Assembly (NCBI GenBank): GCA_965203805.1
Contig: OZ241917.1
Location: 4,832,001-4,896,000 of the forward strand
Reading direction: 5' to 3'
Length of the DNA: 64,000 nt
Source: Candidatus Latescibacterota bacterium
GTDB lineage: Bacteria; Latescibacterota; UBA2968; GCA-2709665
This document shows positions 7,931 to 16,310 of the stretch, in pieces. Position numbers and translations under genes: made by a program. Numbering within the stretch: the first letter of the stretch is position 1; every line of letters begins with the position of its first letter. A model generated the notes under the pieces. That model saw only the letters and a program-made list of their open reading frames with translations. It did no database searches and was not told the origin of the DNA.

Positions 7931-9004
7931 TCAAGCGCGGCAATCTCCCACCGTCACAACCCTTCCCGTTTCCGCGGAGGCGTAGATCGCTTCCACCACC
8001 TCAACGGCGCGAAGTCCGTCCATGCCGGATATCCCGGGAGGTTTCCCGTCCAGAATCGCGTTGACCGTCGCGCTCAGATAGACCCGGCCCGAAACGCCGC
8101 CGTATCCCTCTACCGTCCCCGAGGCGATTCTCAACGTCGTCACCGGGCCATCCGGGAAATCGGGGTGGTCGCTCACCACGAAGACTTCGTCCGCCGTACC
8201 TCCCCAGGCCGGACTCCATGAAACCGTACCCAGGGTGCCTCGAAGGCCGATGAAGAGATCCCTGCCGGCGGGATAGGCCTTCGGTGCGGAATAACTGATG
8301 TCCAGCGTGGCTGTCGCGCCGCGATTGAATCTCACGATTCCGAAACTGTTGTCTTCAATGTCCAGGTGGTGCTGCTGATGGCTCACCATGCCGGTCGCCT
8401 GTCCGACCTCGTCCTGCAGGAACCATCTGAACAGATCGATCCAATGGGTTCCCAGGTTGTGCATCGGACCGCCCCCCGCGATCGCCCGTTGATTCAGCCA
8501 GGGTGAAATGCCATCATCCAGGTACCGAAGGGGGGAGCCCGCCGCGCAACGCCCCTCGAGCGCGACAATCTGTCCCAGCAAGCCGCTGTCCACGAGTTCC
8601 TTGATCTTTCTGGATGCCGGATGCGCGCGCCAGCAGTAGGGCGAAGTCAGCGCCACACCCGCCGCTTCCGTGGCCGCGATCATGCGCCGGATGCCCCCGG
8701 AAGTATCGGCCATCGGCTTCTCGACAATCACGTGCTTGCCGGCCTCCGCGGCCCGTTCCACCGCGTCTGGGCACTCGGCGTGCGGCAGCAGGATCACCGC
8801 GAGACCGATATCCTCCCGCGCGAGAAGCGCGTTGTAATCCTCGTACCCTTCGATCCCGGTCTGACCGCACACCCGCCTCAGATACACCGGATCCGCCTCC
8901 GCGACGGCCCGCACGTCCGTCCGGTCGATGGCGTCAAAATGCGGAAGATAGTCCATGGAATGAAGATGGTGAAATCCGATGATCCCGACGCCGAGCCTCT
9001 CCAT
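7931..9004 (-). CDS. Gfo/Idh/MocA family oxidoreductase
   Basis: MERLGVGIIG, VEKPM, GGGPMHNLGTHWID. Confidence 0.92.
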   Translation of the reverse strand: MERLGVGIIGFHHLHSMDYLPHFDAIDRTDVRAVAEADPVYLRRVCGQTGIEGYEDYNALLAREDIGLAVILLPHAECPDAVERAAEAGKHVIVEKPMADTSGGIRRMIAATEAAGVALTSPYCWRAHPASRKIKELVDSGLLGQIVALEGRCAAGSPLRYLDDGISPWLNQRAIAGGGPMHNLGTHWIDLFRWFLQDEVGQATGMVSHQQHHLDIEDNSFGIVRFNRGATATLDISYSAPKAYPAGRDLFIGLRGTLGTVSWSPAWGGTADEVFVVSDHPDFPDGPVTTLRIASGTVEGYGGVSGRVYLSATVNAILDGKPPGISGMDGLRAVEVVEAIYASAETGRVVTVGDCRA

Positions 9005-9068
9005 CGAATTGCATTCTCCTTTTCTGCCGGCCGCGGCTTTTCCACTCGCGACTCCCGGCGATAAACGT

Positions 9069-10304
9069 TCAGCCACACCAATCCACGATGGCGCGCGCGA
9101 GTACTTCGGCCCCGTCAGCCAGGCTTTGAACGGGGATCTGCTCCTGGCTGGAGTGGGCTACGCCCAGCGTTCCCGCGCCGATCACCACGGCGGGTACGCC
9201 AATCAGATTCGTGTAGAACCACGCATCGCACGACGCGGGCATCGCCCCCACCTCCGCGGCCTGTCCGCTGGCGAGGCAGGCCCGTTCCAGCGTGCGTACG
9301 ATGGGGTGATCGACAGGGACTTCGTTGCAATCGTGCCGGTACATGAACTCCATATCGAAATGGTCCGGGAGCCAGTCGCCTCCCTCGGCCTTCAACACCT
9401 CCTCCATCTCGCGCATCACCTCTTCTTTGGTGCGCGTGGGAAGGAATCCGAGAACGCCCTTGAACGTCGCCTTTCTCGGCGCCATTGCCGGCCAGTCCCC
9501 CGCCTCCAGCGTGCCAAACGTTATGGGCATGGGGTTGTCGTACGCGTCGTAGAGCGGGTGCCCCCGGGATTCCGCCAACAATCTGCCGTGATATCCCTCC
9601 AGAATTTCAATTGCCCGCATGGCTTCCTTCAGTGCGCTTACCGTACGCCCTGCCTGACCGCTGTGACCGGCCCGCCCGTAGACGTTTACCGTGAACCATA
9701 CGGCGCCGCGAATGGAAGGAAGGATCTTCAGTTCGGACGGCTCCAGCACCAGCGCCGCATCGGCGCGGTCGTCCCCTCGCACAAAAGCCAGCGTTCCGTT
9801 GCCGCCGCATTCCTCCTCGATTACCAGGTGACCGATCAGATCCCCCTTGAGCTCGATTCCCATCTCCTTGATCGCGGCGAGCGCCAGATAGAGCATGGCG
9901 GCCTGACCCTTGCAGTCGCACGCGCCCCGGCCGAAAACGACGCCGTTTTCAACGCGCCCGTCGAACGGCCGGTCCTGGCCCGACGATGCCGGCACGACGT
10001 CCAGGTGGGTATTCACGATCAACGACCGCCCCCCGCCGGTTCCATTTCTGACCACCCTCAGGTTCGGGCGATCCGCGTAGGTGATATCCGGCAGCCGGAA
10101 CGAATAGTCGGGGTCCTCCTGAATGGCGTCCGCAACCGGTACCAGCTCGCGTTCGTCCACCACCGCGTGCATTCGCGCGTGCAGCAGGCGCATCGCCTGT
10201 CCTTCGTCTCCGCGCACGGACGGAATGCGGATCAGATCGCGGAGCAGTCCGACGGCGTCTTCCCTGTGAGTCTCGATTGCCGCTCTCAATTGCCGATTAT
10301 CCAA
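9069..10304 (-). CDS. M20/ArgE-DapE family deacylase
   Basis: NTHLDVVP, GRGACDCKG, EEE, GHSG, AHS; probable TTG start after GGGGAG. Confidence 0.9.
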   Translation of the reverse strand: MDNRQLRAAIETHREDAVGLLRDLIRIPSVRGDEGQAMRLLHARMHAVVDERELVPVADAIQEDPDYSFRLPDITYADRPNLRVVRNGTGGGRSLIVNTHLDVVPASSGQDRPFDGRVENGVVFGRGACDCKGQAAMLYLALAAIKEMGIELKGDLIGHLVIEEECGGNGTLAFVRGDDRADAALVLEPSELKILPSIRGAVWFTVNVYGRAGHSGQAGRTVSALKEAMRAIEILEGYHGRLLAESRGHPLYDAYDNPMPITFGTLEAGDWPAMAPRKATFKGVLGFLPTRTKEEVMREMEEVLKAEGGDWLPDHFDMEFMYRHDCNEVPVDHPIVRTLERACLASGQAAEVGAMPASCDAWFYTNLIGVPAVVIGAGTLGVAHSSQEQIPVQSLADGAEVLARAIVDWCG

Positions 10305-10406
10305 GACCGCACTCCCCGGATCCGGCGCGCGCCTTCGCCCACTCCGGATCCTCAGTTGCAGGGACGGCATGACCGGTCGTCCCGTTTCCGACAGGGTTCC
10401 GCCGGG

Positions 10407-11744
10407 TCACCCGGCGACTTCCTCCAGCGCACGGTCGAGGATGTCGATGCCCATCTCCGCCTCGCTTTCCGTAATCACCAGCGGCGGCGCGATCCGTACG
10501 ACATTTCCGTATAACCCGACCTTGCCGAGCAGAAGGCCGTGCGCTCCCGCCGTGAGCAGCACGTCGGACGTCAGGTCCGGCGCGGGCGTCTTCTCCTCTG
10601 GTTCCAGTACGAACTCCAGCCCGATCACGAGCCCCTGCCCGCGCACGTCGCCCAGAACCTCGTATTTCGTCATCAGTTCCCTGAGTCGCGCCATCATGTA
10701 GTCGCCCACGCGTTGCGCGTTTTCCGGCAGCATCTCCTCTTCCATCACGTCCAGGACAGCGTGGGACGCAGCGCTGGCCAGCGGATTGCCGCCGCAGGTG
10801 CTGGACATCTCACCGACCCCCATGCACTCGAAAATCGCGCTCTCGCCGGCAAGCGCGGACGCCGGCATTCCGCTGCCGATGCCCTTGCCGAGACAGACCA
10901 TATTCGGCCGCAGGTCCTCCCACTCCAGCGCAAACAGCTTTCCGGTGCGCCCGAACGACGATTGCACCTCATCCAGAATGAAGACCATCTCCCGCTCACG
11001 CGCCCACGCTTCCAGCCCCTTCAGCCACCCGGCCGGCGGAAAAATGAAACCCGCGCCGCCTTGATAGGGCTCTGTGATGACGGCGCCAACGTCGCCCGTG
11101 GACGTGGAATCGATGATGCGGTCCAGGTTTTCCAGGCAGCGTTGCGCGCACTCCTCTTCCGTTTCGCTATTGTAAAAATCCCGATAAAAGTAGGGAAACG
11201 GCGCCAGTATTCCACCCGGGAGTTGCGGGCCGAACGCGCGCTTCGTCTTCATATTTCCGGCCACGCTCATCGGTCCGTACGTGCGTCCGTGAAATCCCCC
11301 GTAGAACGAAAGCACCTCGTGCTTGCCCGTGAACCGTTTTGCGATGCGGATCGCCGCCTCCGTCGCTTCGGCTCCCGTTGTAAGCAGGAAGGTCTGATCG
11401 ATGTTCTCGGGCAACAGATCGGTCAGTCGTTTCGACAGCGTGACGCGTTCCGGCGTCGGAAACGAATAGCAGTTCATCAGTCTCCCGGCCTGTTCCCGTA
11501 TGCTCTCCACGTGGCGAGGGTGGGAATGCCCCAGATTGGTGACCAGCACGCCGGAGGTGAAGTCGAGAAACCGGTTGCCGTCCACGTCCCACACCCAGAC
11601 GCCCTCGCCGTGGTCCCATACCACCGGCACCTGATCGGCCATGCACGGCGGCTCGTATTCCCTGGAGACGTCGAGCAATTCGGCGGACCGGGGTCCCGGA
11701 ATTTTCCGCTTCTCCAATGTGATCGCGTTCGCCACCTGCGCCAT
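10407..11744 (-). CDS. Class III PLP aminotransferase (4-aminobutyrate aminotransferase-like)
   Basis: DFTSG, GAEATE, FHGRT, DEVQSSFGRTG, GKG. Confidence 0.93.
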   Translation of the reverse strand: MAQVANAITLEKRKIPGPRSAELLDVSREYEPPCMADQVPVVWDHGEGVWVWDVDGNRFLDFTSGVLVTNLGHSHPRHVESIREQAGRLMNCYSFPTPERVTLSKRLTDLLPENIDQTFLLTTGAEATEAAIRIAKRFTGKHEVLSFYGGFHGRTYGPMSVAGNMKTKRAFGPQLPGGILAPFPYFYRDFYNSETEEECAQRCLENLDRIIDSTSTGDVGAVITEPYQGGAGFIFPPAGWLKGLEAWAREREMVFILDEVQSSFGRTGKLFALEWEDLRPNMVCLGKGIGSGMPASALAGESAIFECMGVGEMSSTCGGNPLASAASHAVLDVMEEEMLPENAQRVGDYMMARLRELMTKYEVLGDVRGQGLVIGLEFVLEPEEKTPAPDLTSDVLLTAGAHGLLLGKVGLYGNVVRIAPPLVITESEAEMGIDILDRALEEVAG

Positions 11745-11779
11745 ATCAGATCTCCCGACAGGTTGATGCGCCCGTAAGC

Positions 11780-12769
11780 TTATGCCAGTTCCTTGTTGAT
11801 CAGAAACCGCGGCGGACGCCCGTCGATAAACCGCACAAAGTCCTCCATCACCTTCTCACGCATGCTCCAGTTCGCCTCTTCGGAATACCACGCCAGATGC
11901 GGCGCAAGGAGCGCACTCTCCAGGTTGAACAGGTCCATTTCCGGATCGGGCGGTTCCTGCTCGTACACATCGATGGCGGCGCCCGCGATCCAGCCCTCCC
12001 TCAGCGCACGGGCAAGCGCGTCCGCGTCCACCAGACCTCCCCTGGCGGTATTCACCAGATAGGCGTGGGACTTCATCGCCCGAAGTTCCCTTTCGCCGAT
12101 GAGATGATACGAATCTTCGTCGAGCGACGCGTGAACCGTGACCATATCCGCTTCTCTGAGCACCGTGTCGAGGTCCACGACCTGCACACCCAGTTCCTTC
12201 CGGCGTTCTGCGGAAAGATACGGATCGCAGACCAGGACGTTCACGTCGAACCCCGCCAGTTTACGCAGCGTGAGGCTCCCGATACGCCCGCATCCGATAA
12301 TGCCGACGGTCTTTCCCTTGACGGAATAGACGGGATATACCTCGGTAAAGTCCCATATCCCGTTTCGGCTCGACGCCTCCAGAATTCTCCGACCCACATT
12401 CAGCTTCCGCCAGCCCGACAGCATCAGCGTGATGGCGTGTTCGGCCACCTCGTCCGAACAGTAGTCCGGCTCGTAGGCGACCCGGATTCCTTTTCTCGTC
12501 GCCGCGCTCACGTCCACGTTGTCGTATCCGACGCCGTGCCTCAGGATCAGCCTGCACCGTTCCAGTTGATCGATCACGCTCGCGGTCATCTTTACCATAT
12601 TTACCAGAATCATATCCGCGTCGACGATCTTTTCGACGAGATCGGGCTCGGACCTGAACTTCAGCTGATGATATTCGAAGGTGACATGCCCGTATTTGCC
12701 GAGTTCTTCCTCTTCCCATTTCAGATCGGGCTCGATATAGTCGGTAACCACAATCTTGATCGGCTCCAT
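11780..12769 (-). CDS. D-2-hydroxyacid dehydrogenase (CtBP-like)
   Basis: GVGYDNVD, GCGRIG, NTARG, DVYEQEP, PHLAWYS. Confidence 0.93.
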   Translation of the reverse strand: MEPIKIVVTDYIEPDLKWEEEELGKYGHVTFEYHQLKFRSEPDLVEKIVDADMILVNMVKMTASVIDQLERCRLILRHGVGYDNVDVSAATRKGIRVAYEPDYCSDEVAEHAITLMLSGWRKLNVGRRILEASSRNGIWDFTEVYPVYSVKGKTVGIIGCGRIGSLTLRKLAGFDVNVLVCDPYLSAERRKELGVQVVDLDTVLREADMVTVHASLDEDSYHLIGERELRAMKSHAYLVNTARGGLVDADALARALREGWIAGAAIDVYEQEPPDPEMDLFNLESALLAPHLAWYSEEANWSMREKVMEDFVRFIDGRPPRFLINKELA

Positions 12770-12788
12770 AGAACACTCCTGAGAATAG

Positions 12789-12903
12789 CAGTCCGTTGAA
12801 AAAGTCGCTCCGCAGGCGAGACCGAGTCATTGTGGCCGAAAACAACGCCGTTACTCGGTCACAAGGGCCGGACGCAGCCCGGATGGACTTTATCAACGGG
12901 CTG
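12789..12903. mobile_element. 115-bp MITE with 18-bp TIRs and a 4-bp ATAG target duplication
   Basis: CAGTCCGTTGAAAAAGTC (12789-12806) and GACTTTATCAACGGGCTG (12886-12903), 16/18 complementary; ATAG at 12785-12788 and 12904-12907; internal GACCGAGT/ACTCGGTC stem. Confidence 0.8.
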
Positions 12904-12917
12904 ATAGAGACGCGGGT

Positions 12918-13961
12918 TCACCCGCCAAAAGGCAGCGCCACGGGATTGCCCGTCCTCGCCGATTCGTAGATCGCCAGGATAATCTCGATCGCCCGCTTCG
13001 ATTCCGGTCCATCGATTTCCGGCTCGCCGCCTTCATTCAGAATACGAACCATCTCCGCTATCTGCGCCTTGTGCCCCTCCGTGCCGAACGTCCTGGAATC
13101 CGATGCCGCCCTGGCGACGTCGGTCGTGTCCGCCGCGGCCTCCTCCACACTTTCGCCCGCCACGTCCCACCTGGTTATCTGGTCCGCTTCCACTACTATC
13201 GTACCCCGATCGCCGGAGAACTCCATGCGGGCGGGCAACCCGGGATACGCCGCTGACGACGCTTCGATCACACCCAGCGCTCCGTTCTCGTATTCCAGTG
13301 TGGCAACCACGGTGTCCTCCACTTCGATATCGTGGATTAACGTGCCCATCCTGGCGTAGACGCGCTTGACCGGTCCCATGATCCACTGGATCAGGTCCAC
13401 CGTGTGGCTGCCCTGCGTCATCAGCGCCCCGCCGCCCTCCATCGCCCAGTCGCCCCGCCAATCGTCCGCATCGTAGTAGGCCTGTGGCCGAAACCACTTG
13501 ATATAGGCGTCGGCCAGAACCATCCTGCCGAGTGCGCCGGATTGAACCGCGGTTCGCACCCGGTTGACGGCCTCCCCGTACCGCAATTGGAATACCCCCA
13601 TGAGTTTCACCCCTGCGTCTCCGGCCGCACTGATAATGCGATCCATATTCTGAATCGACACATCGAGGGGCTTTTCCACGATCAGGTGCTTTCCCGCCGC
13701 CGCTGCATCCGTGACGATTGGAATGCGGACGCCGCTGGGCGTGCAAATACAGACCACATCCACTTCCGGCCGGCGGAAAACGGCTTCGTGGTCGGTAAAC
13801 CAGGGGACGCCGTGCGCTTCTCCGGCGGACCGGGCGCGCGATTCGCTGCGGCTGTACACCGCGACAAGCTCCGCCCCTTCGGTATCCTGCACGGCGCCAA
13901 TGTGATAATCCGCCACCACACCGCATCCGATCATTGCAAAACCGACGGTCCGATCACCCAT
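12918..13961 (-). CDS. Gfo/Idh/MocA family oxidoreductase
   Basis: AMIGCG, VEKP, GGGALMTQGSHTVD; same subfamily as the 3122/4255 pair. Confidence 0.93.
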   Translation of the reverse strand: MGDRTVGFAMIGCGVVADYHIGAVQDTEGAELVAVYSRSESRARSAGEAHGVPWFTDHEAVFRRPEVDVVCICTPSGVRIPIVTDAAAAGKHLIVEKPLDVSIQNMDRIISAAGDAGVKLMGVFQLRYGEAVNRVRTAVQSGALGRMVLADAYIKWFRPQAYYDADDWRGDWAMEGGGALMTQGSHTVDLIQWIMGPVKRVYARMGTLIHDIEVEDTVVATLEYENGALGVIEASSAAYPGLPARMEFSGDRGTIVVEADQITRWDVAGESVEEAAADTTDVARAASDSRTFGTEGHKAQIAEMVRILNEGGEPEIDGPESKRAIEIILAIYESARTGNPVALPFGG

Positions 13962-14188
13962 AGACGAATCCTCCCGGACAATACCTTCAACATGTATGGA
14001 AATACCCGAATTGACGGCGCGTGTCCGGCGGCGCTGCGCCACATCCGGTGCTTCGGGGCTTGCCCGAAGGCCGCGTGCGGTGTATCTTTTTCGGGCCTTG
14101 CGACCGTCACGCCCGCGGGCTTCTGCGACTCCCGGTTTCCTGACGCTGCGTTGCGAAAGACGCCTTCACCTGCGGAGGACATGACCAG

Positions 14189-15016
14189 ATGGAATACGTG
14201 CATCCCGAACTTCTGGACGGCAAAGTCGCGTGGGTCACGGCTTCCGCGCGAGGCCTGGGACGGGCGATTGCGGAACGTCTCGCCCGTTGCGGCGCTTCGT
14301 TGGTCGTCCACGCAAGGTCCGACCGGACGGCCGCCGAGTTCAACGAAGCCCCGTCGACGACGCACGTGGCCCGGGAAATCCGGAGAGCGGGCCACGCCGT
14401 GATCACCGTATTCGCGGACGTCTCGGACCCCGGACAGGTGCAGGCGGCGGTCGAACGCATCGAGAGCGAACTCGGCCCCATCGACATTCTGGTGAACAAT
14501 GCCGGCGGCGACATCGCGGCGGCGGGCGGAAAACCGAAGCCCAACGATACGCTCGACATCCCGCTGGAAGACGTGGAAGCCGTGTTCAAGAGGAATTTCG
14601 ACACAACCTTGCATTGCTGCCGCGCCGTTGTACCGGGCATGATTCAGCGCGGGGGAGGCAGAATCGTCAATATCGGCTCGGTGGACAGCTTCACCGGCGC
14701 GCCCGGCGGAGGCCCCGTGTACGCCACGGCCAAAGCGGCGCAAACCCATTATACCCGCTGCCTGGCCGCTCAGCTTCGGGAACACAACATCACCGTGAAC
14801 ATGGTTGCGCCGGGCGACTCCCCGAGCGGTCGCTTTATCGCCACGGGTCAGGCCGACCCGGAATATCTGAACGCAATGAACCGGCCCACGCTGATCCGAT
14901 ACGCGTATCCGGATGAGATCGCGCGGGCCGTGCAATTCTTCGTCTCACCGCTGGCAAGCTTCGTGAGCGGGCAGATCCTCCGCGTGGACGGCGGCGCGCA
15001 GCTCTCGCCGGCGTAG
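14189..15016 (+). CDS. SDR family oxidoreductase
   Basis: TASARGLG, NNAG, YATAK, VDGG. Confidence 0.92.
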   Translation: MEYVHPELLDGKVAWVTASARGLGRAIAERLARCGASLVVHARSDRTAAEFNEAPSTTHVAREIRRAGHAVITVFADVSDPGQVQAAVERIESELGPIDILVNNAGGDIAAAGGKPKPNDTLDIPLEDVEAVFKRNFDTTLHCCRAVVPGMIQRGGGRIVNIGSVDSFTGAPGGGPVYATAKAAQTHYTRCLAAQLREHNITVNMVAPGDSPSGRFIATGQADPEYLNAMNRPTLIRYAYPDEIARAVQFFVSPLASFVSGQILRVDGGAQLSPA

Positions 15017-15037
15017 TCCGCCTTGCGACCACGCCCG

Positions 15038-15634
15038 TCAGCGCCTGTCCAGTTCCGCCCGGTATTCCTCCGGCGTATCGATATCCCGCAACACCCCTCC
15101 ATCGTCCACCGCGACCTCGAGCGTGTCGTCCGGGTGCCCCCGCATGACGGGTTTCAGCCCGTCCTCCCCCGTTAGAGATCGGATTTCAGGGAAATAACGA
15201 CCCAGATCCACCAGGGCCGGATGTCCCCGTTTGCCCCGGTACACCGGAACGACGATCCCCTTATTTCCGTTCCGATACGCCGCCGCCACCTTCCTGACCA
15301 CGCGCTCTCGGATGTGCGGCTGGTCGCCCAGGGCGATTAACGCTGCATCGGCCGTTTCTTGCAGGGCGGAAAGCCCGCACATGATACTCGAAAACATCCC
15401 CTCACGGTAGTCGGGATTCGTTTGAAACAGGACGGGCCGCTCCCCCAGACTTGCACGTACGGCATCCGCCTTGTGGCCGAGCACCACCAGGATGTCGTCC
15501 AGTTCGGCCTCCAGCAGCGTATCGACCACGGCCTGAAGTACCGTCTTTCCGCCGAACGGCAACAACTGTTTGGGAGACCCCATGCGTGTCGACAACCCCG
15601 CGGCCGGCACGAGTGCGCATATACGTTTTGTCAT
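15038..15634 (-). CDS. MocA/MobA-like nucleotidyltransferase
   Basis: AAGLSTRMGSPKQLL, GMFSS, LGDQP, GHP, DIDTPEEY. Confidence 0.9.
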   Translation of the reverse strand: MTKRICALVPAAGLSTRMGSPKQLLPFGGKTVLQAVVDTLLEAELDDILVVLGHKADAVRASLGERPVLFQTNPDYREGMFSSIMCGLSALQETADAALIALGDQPHIRERVVRKVAAAYRNGNKGIVVPVYRGKRGHPALVDLGRYFPEIRSLTGEDGLKPVMRGHPDDTLEVAVDDGGVLRDIDTPEEYRAELDRR

Positions 15635-15888
15635 CTGGTTATCAAGTATAATAAAAAACCTGCGCGGAGACCACAACTTCTGACCGGCTGCGGGACAGGA
15701 CGGGCGCATCCTGCAGATCCGCATTTAAAACAACCACTTAATCGTCACCTTTCAAGGCAGGCCGCCGGGAGGCCGTTCCGGATCGCATTCCCGCGAATGC
15801 GATAACGCCGACGCGGCGCTCTTTCGTGCTTAATCATTCATAAAAATAATAAAAACAAATAATTAATTTGTCCATTTTACGCTTTGCC

Positions 15889-15916
15889 TTGACTTTTTTC
15901 CATTAAATAGTACATT
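15889..15916 (+). promoter_or_regulatory. sigma70-like promoter in an AT-rich intergenic region
   Basis: TTGACT-16 nt-TACATT upstream of 15984. Confidence 0.45.
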
Positions 15917-15983
15917 ACATCCTTTTGAAAGGAACAGGGGGTCGAATTCCGCACGTCCTCAGCCTCCGGAGAAGGCATTTCAG

Positions 15984-16229
15984 GTGCTCTGTGAAACGTG
16001 TGAAAAGCGTCCCGCCACACGGATCTCCACCCGGATAGTCAATGGCGGGAAACAGATCACGTATCGTTGCGAAGTCTGCGAATCGCTACCGGAAGCCGGG
16101 TCGCAACCTCGCCTGGAACGCCCGTGCGAACGTTGCAGGAAGAAAGAGGGCGTTGTCAAGCTTACCCGACTCGCCGAACGATATCGAACCGTAACCTATC
16201 TTTGTGAAACCTGCGCGGCCGGGCCGTGA
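15984..16229 (+). CDS. Small protein with two tandem C4 zinc fingers (McsA N-terminus-like)
   Basis: CETC...CEVC and CERC...CETC; each unit resembles the McsA start pattern MLCxxCxxRPATxxxTxIVNGxK...LCxxCA; GTG start after GGAGAAGG. Confidence 0.7.
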   Translation: MLCETCEKRPATRISTRIVNGGKQITYRCEVCESLPEAGSQPRLERPCERCRKKEGVVKLTRLAERYRTVTYLCETCAAGP

Positions 16230-16310
16230 TCTCCTGCCCCGGGAATATGTCACCGAGCTTCCCGTGATTCATCATCCCGCCGCCGCGCCGTTGAATAACC
16301 GGACAGCCGC

